Of a stretch of DNA of 46,504 nucleotides, positions 1 through 11,211 are shown in pieces. Each line of letters starts with the position of its first letter. The first letter of the stretch is position 1. The position numbers and the translations under genes are program-made. The stretch comes from Coniocarpon cinnabarinum (taxonomy: Eukaryota). Below the pieces are notes generated by a model. That model ran no database searches and had not been told where the DNA came from. It was given only the letters and a program-made list of their open reading frames with translations. Location of the stretch: positions 124,001-170,504 of the forward strand of contig JAVECO010000023.1 of NCBI GenBank assembly GCA_051942205.1, read 5' to 3'.

Positions 1-540
1 GAAACTGGTCTTGGACATTGGCGCCAGTACGTTGTTCTTTTGAGCATGCTCCAAAGAAGACTGTTTCCTATTCAACTTCATCTCAACTAAATTACTCTTC
101 CCAGCACTAACTTGCCTCCCGATGGTGGCGGCACATTTACTTGGCACGATGGTTCTACCGAAGACGTTGGGCCATATCGACTCACGCAGCAAGTCGAGAT
201 CGAAAGGTTTCATGATCTCGCTCACCCCCCCTTCTCCGCCTTCAAGGAGCTGCCGCGGCCGAGTGGCCAACACGGCGGTGGCACTGGTGAGAACAGTCAA
301 GAGCTGTGCAAAGAGTTCATCCAACAGCTGGTTTCAAAAAAGCATCTCCATGCCAACAAGGCTCGGGACGTGATGAATAATATCAGGGGAGCAATCGCCT
401 CGGCAAGTGATGGACCGTTGAAGGACAGAAAGTTCGGATTGAACGTGGCGATTGAGCTAGTCAACGTGAATGCGGAGGACGTACAGAAAATGGACGCGGC
501 GAATTTCATGAAGGACTTTCAGATAAACAATGCGGCCTAA
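1..540 (+). CDS. 3' part of a hypothetical protein gene (starts before the window); intron 27-104
   Basis: GTACGT donor at 27, CTAA branch-like site near 87, CCAG acceptor at 104. Splicing joins ETGLGHWRH in frame to TNLPPDGGGTFTWHDG... ending TAA at 540. No family recognised. Confidence 0.5.
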
Positions 541-2117
541 CGCGTTCACCGTCGCAGACCTGATAAACTATTGCGTTACATACAGGAAGAAGACTGGCCG
601 TCATCTTTTCTCAAAGACGATGCAGTACACGTCGGGGTGGATCACCCCAAGCTTCGTGATTGCCCCCGTGAATGCTCTTTATTTTCCTGCGCCTAATCGT
701 ATTGCTGTCAGGGGAAGAGCGACGACGCCACGTAGCTACAGCCGTTTCGATTGCGCGAATGAGCATCACAATGTGTACACATACTTCGCTCGCCACGTCG
801 TGGGACCCAATGGAGTATCAGGCGTCTTGGGCATGTGTCTGCTTCGAATGTTTCGAGGACTAGATGTTGGACCGACGTTTGCAGGAGGTCGGCTTCTGCA
901 GAGACTCATTTGCAAAACAAAAGAGGAGCGTACAAGCAGGTCAACCATGCGAACGATTGAAGTCTGGCAGGAGAAAACAAAAACCTAACAAACTCAAAAC
1001 CGCTCTGAAGGGATGCCACATGTCTTGCAGCGTTTCGGTGCCTGGACAAATGGATACGATCTCTAATCGCATCTTGCTCGGTCGATAACGAAAAGTCGTG
1101 TGAGAGAGATTATCAGCTTTCATTATGGATAATGACGGTCGCTCATGAGCATAGAAGAAAATGAGCCCAGCTCGTGATCAGAGATCCGCGGGCATTTTGG
1201 CCGGATTTGTCAAAACTGTCGTTACAATTCAAGCCCAGCACAGCAGCGTATGTCTCTTCTAAGAGGCTACCATTTCTTCAAAGACCACCCAGTAGAAGCT
1301 TTCTTGAGTGAGCTATGCCTAGATGCTATATTTGAAACGGGCTCTTGAGAGATGTTCAGTGGCAACAAGACGTTGATCAACAAGTTGTCATCAAGTATTT
1401 CGGGATGAGATGAAAACGACCGGGGAAAGTGATAATCCCAAGAACGTAAGCGGTGTGCCGTCGGACTCGTGCTGTCTCGTTTTGTTAAACATTCGTTGAT
1501 CTGGTATCATTATTTTTGGACTGAATCGCTGTCAGAAATTGCCTGTACATCATTTGCTCTCGATGTCATAAGCTCTTTACCAAACGTCGTTATTCGACTT
1601 CGAGCACGGCGCATCTGGAAAAGACGCCTCCATCCCGGTAAGGACAAACCTGAGTCGCTGGATCATCTGACAGCCTCCTTTGAACTGATATATCTTGAAC
1701 GAATGAAGCAGCTAATTTGCTGCACAGCGCCTTGCCAAATGTAGGATGTCGTGGCCACGAAAAAGCTTCAGCGCCGTTACGATAACATTGCTTCGGCCTC
1801 GGAAAGCTCGATGGTGGTTCTGGAAACTACCAGCAAGCACTGAGGATTCTTGCTCTCTTGAGCCTCTTTTAGAAATCTCTCGCTTAGTCTTCTTAGCAGC
1901 GTCTCTTCCGCAAATGTGATAATACCCGAGCCTATGAAGCGCCATGGCTTTCTTCGGGTTGCCCGAGCATTTTATGAGCAGGACCTTTCATCGTTGCCAA
2001 GTGGAAATAGGATGCCACGTTTCACTGCTTGCTACGTTCCACCGCAGGCTCAGTGACTTCGACGCCTTCATGGATTATGAATGTGGGAAGCGTCGCACAC
2101 GCTTTGTGCACACTATG

Positions 2118-3748
2118 CTAGAAATCTATACCTTCTTTCCGCTTCAAGCCGGATGGCTGCTCATCACGCATCAATTCTGCCACGAAGCTCTGGAAGTAGT
2201 GCACGAACGGCTTTAGAGAAGTCTTGTTGTAGTCTGGTATCTTCCGCTTTTCAGTAGCCATGTTTGTGTCGCCGTTGCTATCCGTATCCTTCCATGAGTC
2301 GACCTCCTCCAACAATTGAGTGACTTTTGGCACGTCGCCAGGATGGAACGATTCCCACTGGCTTGACGGAATCGGAACCGCGATTTGACCTGTCTTGGGA
2401 TGGACAACGAATGGCGACTTCAGCAGGTGATTCAAACGCTTTGACACCTCAGAGTCAAGGCGTGGATATGTGTATTCAAAGACAACATCCTGTTTGCTCT
2501 CCAGCAGCTTCTTCGCTTCAAATTCCTGGCTGTGATTGGACGAGTCTGCAGCGAGTTCGTCAATATCGTCCCACTTGTCTTTGCTGCTTCTGTTGCTGTT
2601 AGATTGCCACTGGTCTCTGAGCGCGGCATTGAGCTTTGCGTCTGGTAATAGATTCAACAAGTGCTCTGCCTTGTCATTTTCCCGCCATGGATCCTGCCCC
2701 CTGAGGATGTCATTTTGAAATGTTTCTCTTGCAATTCTCAGTGAGCGCTCTAAATGTGGATGAAGTGGTCGGCGCATGGCGACCTTTTTCTGACCGCCTC
2801 GCAACGCCTCTAGATAGTTAGCCACCGCAGTCCTTGATCTGTCGTCTAGATTTCTAGCACTTTTATCGCACACCCAAGCATGCACACCACGCCGGCCACT
2901 GTAGACCCACAAGATGTGCCTCCAGCCAAAGTCCTCTCTCAGCGCGACATCCAGTATCCTCCTTGCTGCTGTTATAAATGCCCAGCATTTGTCGCAGATG
3001 GATGCGCCTGTGCAACACGTGCGGATGGTGTCGTAGTCAGACATGTCGATGTCGAGCACGAACTCTTTCTGCAAGGGCTTGAACACGGCGCCCGGACGGA
3101 GTGATTTGCGTTCGCGAGGATTGGTAGAGTAGACAGGCCCAATTTCGAAACGCGTGGGTATAGAGCTGATGAGCGCTTTTCGGAAGCTAGGTCAATTAGC
3201 ATGCGCTCGTTCTCTCGGAGCGAGATGCGCGTCGAGCACATACAGATCTGCGGTCTGGAAACTTTGGTATCGCGCGTACACGTCTCCCGGCAACGTAAAT
3301 GCAAACTCTCGGTGCGCGAAGTCATTGGTTGGTTGCGGCGAGTGATTCAGCCATTGAAAGACGTGACGATATGGAAAGAGGCGCTGATAGAAGGCTCGCA
3401 GAATGCCAGGGTTGGTGTAGTCTTCGCCGTGATTTGCACTAGGAAATTGCTGTCAGCATGTGGTGCAATTCGAGGTAATAATGAGGGGTGGCCGCACGGA
3501 AGAGGTTGCTGTGGCAAGCTAGAAGAGGGCACTGAGGAACCAAATTCGTCGTCCTCTTCATCATCGTCGAATATGTCAGTCAGATTCTGGTTTTGGGGCG
3601 GCACGGCGTCCGCGCTGGCAGGCGATGAACGTTGTATGGAACTATCAGTCTGACTTGTGGTGCTCTCGGACGCGGAGCTGGAGGGCACGTCTGGGAGCTC
3701 GTTATCGGAGGGAGCTGGCGAAGAAGAGGCGTGTACAGAATGAGGCAT
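2118..3748 (-). CDS. PRI1: DNA primase small (catalytic) subunit, about 504 aa; introns 3439-3497 and 3187-3243
   Basis: Spliced protein has FYQRLFP..WLNHS..DFAHREFAFTL, RFEIGPVYS, KEFVLDIDMSDYD, WVYSGRRGVHAW and NHLLKSPFVVHPKTG, all eukaryotic primase small-subunit motifs. Both introns are GT..AG with CTRAY branch sites and restore frame. Confidence 0.96.
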
Positions 3749-3752
3749 TGCA

Positions 3753-3881
3753 ACGCGAGAGTCTCGCGGCTTCGGGGTCGTTGACGAAGGGCGTGCACTG
3801 GGGTGGAAGTTCAGCGTCTTTGCAGTGAGAGGAGAAGAACAGGGAGACGCGAGACGACGCGTTGCGGGCGGGATCACGCGT
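3753..3881. promoter_or_regulatory. MluI cell-cycle box (MCB) cluster upstream of PRI1
   Basis: Perfect ACGCGT at 3857-3862 and 3876-3881, plus ACGCGA at 3753 and 3847, within 135 bp of the PRI1 ATG. MBF/MCB control of replication genes is established in ascomycetes. Confidence 0.7.
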
Positions 3882-4984
3882 AGCTAGCGCGCACAATCGA
3901 ACACACGTGACCATCTATCCTCTCCTGCCGCTCAAGGATAAGCGCCGAGTGTTCTGGATGCCTTGTCTTCCAGGAGGGATAATGCCAAAAGCGTACTTTG
4001 TTCAGCTTCGTAAGCTGCTAGTCGGAAGGACCGAGCCAGAAAGCATTCATGGAATTTGGTCAGGACATTCGTTTAGGAGCGGGGGATCTCGAAGTAAGCT
4101 TGCTAATTTTACAACAACAACAGTGTAACATTCACCCTACGCCCTGGCCCCAGATGCAAGCTCTCTCTTCGATGCCCTCACTCCTAAAACAGAAATTGCG
4201 ATTGAAATCAGTGTCCAAGGTGTGACATCGTGGCTGGACCTGGAAGCCGCTTTGCCCGTTGGATCAGCCTGCTCGAGCACACGTAGCCCGATCTACTCTG
4301 AATCAAACACGGTGATCCCACGCAAGGGCCACTGATGCCACGATGACGGCGTCTGCAGTGGTAACGTTTCTGTTTGTCATGATACAAGCACTGGCGCTTC
4401 TTTGGGATCGTGTGTTCGAGCTGAATCACGCTCGGCTTTGAACCTTCAGATCCTCCCCTCAAGCACTGATCCAAAGCCCGCCGACACTCTTCAGGTGCGG
4501 CTGAGAATTCCTATGCCATGTCGTGACCGTCTTTCTTAATTGTGCATTCGAGTGTCCCCTTTGTTACGCATCTATCGTGATCGCATTGCGAGAGTAGTCC
4601 ACAAAGATTAAGCTCGCTGCACTCAGCATGCTTGGAAGTTTCAACCTAAGCAAAACGTCTGCATCTTCGCTGGCCAGTGCTTGAACTCCAGAACGTGGTT
4701 GGGTTTGTTTCACGATGCTACATGAGCCACCAACCTCCTTCGGTCGAAGAGCCTCCAAAACCTAGCTTCTTGCTACCACGTGGCCTCTCTGCTGTGATGG
4801 ACGACTTTCCTAACGCGAGTCTGGCTGGCTGAGATTTGCCTACTTGAACGGACATTTTGGCCACAGGGTCGTCTATACTGCTCTGACATTCACCCGAGAG
4901 CATTTGGGAGGCTCTCATCGTCTGGACTGGAGACCGAATCAGGCCAGAGGCAGTCCTAAGAAGCTTCGTTGTTGAAACTTCGAA

Positions 4985-5662
4985 ATGTCCCACGAACTTC
5001 GTGAGGCTGGACGTGCAGTCGCTCATCCAAGGCAAGGCCTCGAGGTCCATCATGAGGTGCGACACATATTGCGAGAATTACGAGCATGCCTTAAAGATTC
5101 ATGGTCTTCGTCCCCCGAGCACGCGGCCATTCGTCAAGGTCTTGAAAAGCGATCAGATGACATGCGCGAGACGCATCACCTGGTAGCAGTGGGCATCGGT
5201 TCGCTTAGTGCAGAGCGCAGGAAGATGATTAGTGGCGACCACACAAACATATATAGAAGAGTACTTCATCAACATTGCGCGTTGATCACGACTGGCGGCA
5301 CGATCGAGCGCGCTCATAGTGGTTCGCGGCAAGTGAGTTGCGAAGCTCACGACAATCATTACAATAACATAGACCGCGATGTGTTGGGCAAAGTGGAGAT
5401 TCAGGCCTACAGCGGTTTCGTGAATTGTGTGACCTTACTCAACGCCAACACCAGCCTCTTTGCACCTTTTATGAGTGCGCCACAGGGAACGACACTCGAT
5501 GGTCGACGCCCGCCGTTGATGCTCAGCAATCTCGTCCCTCCCGCTGACGACTATGATTGCGTCGTGGGTCCTTTTCCTGTGGGACGTCCAGAACAACTAT
5601 CAGGGCCCGCCGACGCCATGGCAGGGAAGGCGCTTCGTGCAAGGAAGAAAGGGAGTGATTAG
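4985..5662 (+). CDS. Hypothetical protein, SRR1-like domain (divergent)
   Basis: 225-aa ORF with LVAVGIGSLS...LHQHCALIT...SCEAHDNHYNNIDRDVL, resembling the fungal SRR1-domain pattern (GLGS...QHA...cyAQDPaY...D..vL). Start uncertain. Confidence 0.45.
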   Translation: MSHELREAGRAVAHPRQGLEVHHEVRHILRELRACLKDSWSSSPEHAAIRQGLEKRSDDMRETHHLVAVGIGSLSAERRKMISGDHTNIYRRVLHQHCALITTGGTIERAHSGSRQVSCEAHDNHYNNIDRDVLGKVEIQAYSGFVNCVTLLNANTSLFAPFMSAPQGTTLDGRRPPLMLSNLVPPADDYDCVVGPFPVGRPEQLSGPADAMAGKALRARKKGSD

Positions 5663-5956
5663 ATTTAAGTAAATCACAAATTGCAGCGAGCTGACCTTGC
5701 AAAGCCCATCGAAACACTCATTACTGCCAAATTCGTGATTGTCCCGAAGGTAGCGCGATGTAGTTAGTGGACTGGAGTGATATTCTACAAGGAAACTGCC
5801 TGCTTCTTGTAAAATGAGCTATCTGCACCGGGACGGACTGCTGTTTGCTTGAAAAGCGCACTACGTATAGTTTACAGACCTCTTTTTTTCCTCTTTTCCT
5901 TTTGGTCTATAAAGAAGATTACATTCAACGGCCTTTGAATGATTGCCAACAACATA

Positions 5957-7654
5957 TCAGCTTAGTCCCCGACAACTCCAATTCTCTGGCAAGCTTACAT
6001 TACCAGAACCGCTATACACTGGCTGTTGCGGATAAGCACAGATCGGTCGCTGCACCTGCATCCCGTTGGTCACGTTATCATTATTATACTTAGTTCCAAC
6101 AATGTAATCTGGTGCGTTTCCATTCTCAGTCCATGTCATGATCGCCCGCGTTACATCGTGCTTCGCGTCCATCGACCCAGGCACCGAATATACAGCACCG
6201 TCGACCTCTTGATTCGGTGCTGCGATGTACCAAGGCGCCCCTTGAGCTGTTCCCGCGCAATGCTGCATGCCTGGTATCAGGAACAGTCTGTAAAAATCAT
6301 CTATGGGAAGCCCTTGTGATGCCAACGATTGCTGGACTTGACTGTGATAGTACGTTGACGAGCCGGTCGAGATCAAAGGATCACTCAGGCCGTGGTAGTG
6401 AAGTAGCTTGCCACCTTTTGCACGAAAAGCTTCGACCTCATATGACGCGTTCGCCTGTCCTGGATCGATTTGATCAGCCAATTGAACCACGTTGTAACTG
6501 AAGTCATGGTAGTCGTAGTCTGTGTTGTTCAGCAGAAAGTTTTCCAGATACGTGAGACCAATCTGAGATGGCTGGTCAGTCACACCCGCCAGCGAGGATG
6601 GATTGGCACCGAGAGCCAATCTAGGAAAGACGAATGTCTGGTTCACGTCCACCCAGTCATTGAGGATCTTGTACAGGGTTCCGAGTTGCGGCGGAGTGAG
6701 ACAAGAGTTGCTGTTCGTGCTCCCCGCAGTGCCATTACACAACAGTGGTTCCGGGACAAAATGGCAGCTGTAAGGGTCAGTGACAATACCATCTGCGACT
6801 CCATCCTGAGGATCGCATTGTCGGACAATCTCATCTACAACGGCGGTGAAAAGATTATTCGAGACGTGACTGGGGCTGTCCGCGTTCAAATTGGCAATAC
6901 CAATCTGATACGACCATGGTTGCAAATGAGTCGTCCACCAAGCAGGTGCACCGACCACGACTCCATCAAAATCCTCGGGGAACATTGTTACTTCCTTCAG
7001 CCCTTGCCTTCCTCCAGTCGAGCAACCAGAATAATAGTTGAACTGCGACTCATTTCCATAGTATGCGCGTATTAGTTGCTTCGAAATGACAGTCGACCTA
7101 TGCATAGCCCTGTAACCCCAATCCCGTTGCGACTCCGGGTGGTTGAGTCCCCAGCTGGCGTCAAAAGCACTTGAATAATGACCCGTGTTGGTCGACATGG
7201 CAGCAAAGCCGTAGTGCGAATACCTCGCCATGTCAGGCCATGCGATGAACCCGCCAAACCCTCCGTTTCCAGTGGCCATGAAGCGATTGTTCCATTCGTC
7301 GGGCAAGAAAAGAGCAAAGTCGAACGACGAGCTGTCCGACGATGGCACAGTAAACTTCGCAACACAAGTCGCTGGTAAGGCAGCTACGCTATACGGATTT
7401 CCGCCATTGGCAGGATTTCCGCCTGGCGTTGGATCTGTGAAGTTGCCGTTCGCCGAAACAGTGAGTGTCAAGTTCACAGTTGAGCCTGACGCGACCTCGG
7501 CAAGGATAGGCTCGAACGTGGAGGGAGAACAGGGCGTGAAACGAGGACCATTCTGTACAGCACTGTCTTGGGGCTCATTCTGAGCATGCGCATTCGCTGA
7601 AACTAATTGCACAGCTGTACTGGCGCCGGCGAGAACATTTAACGAAGCGCGCAT
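5957..7654 (-). CDS. Secreted tannase / feruloyl esterase (Tannase family), 565 aa
   Basis: Signal-peptide-like N-terminus; LPDEWNNRFMATGNGG, YYSGCSTGGRQG (nucleophile Ser), HYHGLSDPLI (Asp) and PGMQHCAG (His) form the CS-D-HC signature; C-terminal RPICAYP. Confidence 0.93.
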   Translation of the reverse strand: MRASLNVLAGASTAVQLVSANAHAQNEPQDSAVQNGPRFTPCSPSTFEPILAEVASGSTVNLTLTVSANGNFTDPTPGGNPANGGNPYSVAALPATCVAKFTVPSSDSSSFDFALFLPDEWNNRFMATGNGGFGGFIAWPDMARYSHYGFAAMSTNTGHYSSAFDASWGLNHPESQRDWGYRAMHRSTVISKQLIRAYYGNESQFNYYSGCSTGGRQGLKEVTMFPEDFDGVVVGAPAWWTTHLQPWSYQIGIANLNADSPSHVSNNLFTAVVDEIVRQCDPQDGVADGIVTDPYSCHFVPEPLLCNGTAGSTNSNSCLTPPQLGTLYKILNDWVDVNQTFVFPRLALGANPSSLAGVTDQPSQIGLTYLENFLLNNTDYDYHDFSYNVVQLADQIDPGQANASYEVEAFRAKGGKLLHYHGLSDPLISTGSSTYYHSQVQQSLASQGLPIDDFYRLFLIPGMQHCAGTAQGAPWYIAAPNQEVDGAVYSVPGSMDAKHDVTRAIMTWTENGNAPDYIVGTKYNNDNVTNGMQVQRPICAYPQQPVYSGSGNVSLPENWSCRGLS

Positions 7655-8564
7655 ATCTACCGTGTGGGTTTAAATACCTAGCTTGACAAGCACGAGCTTT
7701 AAAAGTAAAATCCTGATGGACCTAAAACCTTTTTTGAAGACCGTAGAGACGCGATCTTTAGGATCAGAAGTTTCTTGTCGTAGCTCTTGCGTCCCTAGGA
7801 GCTCGGCCACCCAAGGGACCGATGCAGCGAACGCGCTGCAGCATGCTTCATGAAGTGCTGAGCCGGGCTTGCTAGAGTCATGCCGGCTTTGGAAATTGCT
7901 CTTGAAGTAATCTGGGATTATACAGAGGGTCAAGGATAGGTGAGGAGACGGGAGGAAGGGGACGCGGCCTCGGCAGTTGGGCGCTGGGCGAGGCGCACAC
8001 CTACGCGGGCAACTTGAATTTGACCTACGCCTCCTCCCTCACTAAACTCCTGGGCTAAGAGCTTCGGCCTTTGCATCCTAGCACTCTGACTGCCCAAACG
8101 GAGAGCCCAGCGGCGAAAGCCTCCTGCGCCTGACGGAGCCCTGAATTGTGCTGTCATGGCCCGGGCTCTCCTAGAGAAGTTCAGTCCTTCATTCTTGCCG
8201 TTGTTGCTGCGTCATGTATCCTGCATGAGTATCTTATTGTGATGCCTCGCCTACATGCTTTAGTGTAGAGGAGCTTGGATCCTTCAGTCTTGCGAAGGAT
8301 ACTGAGAAGCCACATACAGTAGGTACTGCACCGAGTAGGTGCCACGATGCTTTGAGGAAGTTGCTGATGACATCACAGATGTATATTTTGGGCATCGGAT
8401 GCTCCCCGGGCGGACTATTCCCAGCCGGGACTAGCGTGCAAATCTCCGGCTCTATCGTTCGGTTTGGGCAGGCTTCTCCTTCCTGCCATCCGATCCTAAG
8501 CGACTTCACTCCTCTCCGACGCGCCCGTTGCGATCCGTTGGCTTCGCCCGTCCAGTGTCACGGG

Positions 8565-11178
8565 ATGTCAGCCATCCAGTTCGCTTCCCCTACCACGCCC
8601 CGTACTCAACAGGACGCCAACGCGCCTAAGCCCAGTAAGCGGCGCCGCGTTAATTTGGCTTGCCAGAGGTGCAGGTTTCGGAAGAGCCGCGTATGTCTAC
8701 GTTCGTCACGAGATTCCTGCCGTGACTGTGGCTCATACAGCAGCAGTGCGATGGCAAGCAGCCAACATGCGACAATTGTGAAAAGGCCAACGCGGAATGC
8801 TCGTGGAGGGAGCCTGCCTGGCACACTAGAACGCAGGATGATTTTGAGAACGAGCGAGCCGACAATGATGCGGCAGCTCCTAAGAAATTTGAGCTGGAAG
8901 AAAGAATGCGCGCTATGGAGGAACGGTTGACACAGTTCGAGGGCAATCGTCCCGGCGGTGAGGACCAGCCGGACGTTGACACGACTGCCGGAATGCAGGA
9001 AGGTCCAGAAGCCCATGGGTTGACTAATGACGTCCAGAGCCCCAATTCAGTCGATGCCATGGGTACAGTGAGCTTCGCGGACCTAGATTCTGACTCTGCA
9101 TTCTTCGGTGCTTCGTCAAATATTGCTTTTCTCTCGCACATCACGCGCGCCATCAAGGCAACACACGACCCCTTGTTTTCCAATTGTCAGATGCGACCCG
9201 AAATTGATGCTGCTATCGTGAACGCGCCTCGGCTCGCTAGGAAATCCCTTTGTAAATCATCCAGCGTAGAAAGTGGCAATATTTACACGCTCCCTGCAGA
9301 GCAAGAGGTGTTAGAGCTTACAGAGCAATTCTTCATGAACACAGTGAGTCTGTCATCAATACTCGCTGATCGCCGATGCCTAACTGTGGGCCAGGGTTTC
9401 CTTTTTCCCTACCTCCATGCCGACTCGGTCTATCAGGCGTACAGCCGTGTCAGAGCCAAGGGCCCAAAAAGTGGGCGATTGTCTTGGCTGGCATTATTTA
9501 ACATGATGCTTGCCAACGCCGTGAGTTCCAGCATGCAGGACAAGCAGCCTATTCAACAGCGTGTCCAGCGGGCCGAGATCTTCTACAACCGAGGAACATC
9601 TCTTTTGCATCAGCTCGATAATCAAGGTACAAGCTTGGAAGAGGTGCAGTCTTTGCTACTTGCAACGCAGTATCTACAAGGTACTCAGCGTTCGGTGAAG
9701 ACGTTTTCAATCCATGGTCGAGCTGTTCGTGCGGCGTTTTCCCTGGGTTTGCATTCTCCAGAGACACTACCTCGATTTTCGTCACTTGAGCAGGAGATGA
9801 GGAAACGGACGTTTTTTGCCTGTGTTCTTGTTGATCGGAATCTTTCTATGACCTATGGGCGACCGCCAAGTATCCCAGAATCCTTTGTCAAGCTTCCCAC
9901 ACCCAACACCTTCCAGCACGAACCCTTGGCAGTTAATGGAAAGTTGGACGACTCAAACACCCTAAAATTCCTGAGCCTGGGCTTTTTCGACGCTAGCATC
10001 TCGCTCTATAAAATTCTAGCAGATATTCTCGACAGACTCTACAATCAAAACATTGGTGATGGAGATCGTGATTCCATATCCGACATCTTGGGTGAATTCT
10101 CCGCCACTACTACGCTGTACCAGCCCTGCAACCCTGCTAACTGTATTGCTAGAGAAAATTGCAAAGCTTGAGGGCAAGCTAGATGACTGGAGCACTTCAC
10201 ATGAGGATCAACTGCTCCCGTTTGCGGACGAAGTGGAAGACTTTTGGACTAGGCATTACCAATGTGCCAAAGACGACCACTTATTAGGAACCCGCAAGCG
10301 ACTTAGAAATATTCTTATGCTCCGGCGGTTGAATCTCTGCAATTTGATGCACAGGCCTATCCTCCAGAAGCTTCTTGATGCGGTGCAAGATCCATCCGAG
10401 TATCGAAAGCATCGTAATGACCGGCTGCAAGGATGGATTCAAAGTAGCGTGGAATCTATAGCTACGTCATCTCAATGTATAATTCGTCTGGTGAGAAGTA
10501 ATTACAGTAAAAAGTCACTTCTAGGTCGGTTTGCTGTTTCCTCAGAAAACATTCTGGCTGTTATACTGACTCTATCTAGGAGCGTGGTGGTACTCTCTCT
10601 ATTACAGTTGAGTTGCGCACCTAACCTTCGAATAGCAACACATTATTCCGTCGCTATCGAATGCCAAAGCCCACTGCTGACTCATCATAGCTTTCAACTC
10701 GGCCTTAATACTTATCGCTGTTCATCTCGTCACGCGCGCTGGATTCATTGCAATGTCTGATGTACACAACGAAATCGAGCCGACCCTGTGCGCAGCTCTC
10801 GAAGCACTCTATGACTTGGACCACGGTAACATGATGATTGAACGCTGTCGCCTGTATCTGAGACGACTCGTTAGAGCCATATTTCCTGATGCTTTGAAAG
10901 ACTCCCGATCCACCAGCACATCTCCTGTTCGCCCTGGTGAGCCATCCACGCACCTTAAGCCGTGTAATCAGCCAGCGACAGCGGCAACGAACACGCTGCC
11001 ATCGACCATGTCCATTGCTGGAGGATACCAGAACGCAGTTTTCCCGCAGGCTCCCGCGGCTCCATATGACACGTACAGCGAGCTCAGCAGTCTTGATATT
11101 GGGCCTTTCATGTCTCCCTCACACAATCTTGACTTTCTCTCTTTTTTCAACGACCCTCAGATGCTTCCACAGCAATGA
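8565..11178 (+). CDS. Zn(II)2Cys6 fungal transcription factor with fungal-specific middle homology domain, about 768 aa; introns 8691-8746, 9344-9394, 10092-10152, 10525-10579, 10607-10690
   Basis: Spliced N-terminus ACQRCRFRKSR|CDGKQPTCDNCEKANAEC fits C-X2-C-X6-C-X6-C-X2-C-X6-C. Also FFGASSNIAF, HGRAVRAAFSLGLH, EMRKRTFFACVLVDRNLSMTYGRP and LGAWWYSLYYTFNSAL. Exon lengths sum to 2307 nt with no internal stop. Confidence 0.9.
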
Positions 11179-11211
11179 TCCTCTTTGACGTCTGGTGACC
11201 GGTGGACGACA

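Noticed and set aside
530..2100. ORFs 530-988 and 1469-1744, and coding-like fragments near 1250-1350
   Set aside because: No recognisable motifs or consistent splice model. This could be a decayed gene but I cannot support it.
3749..3877. Upstream extension of the PRI1 exon-1 ORF from a non-ATG start
   Set aside because: The first ATG is at 3748, and the extension overlaps the MCB-containing promoter.
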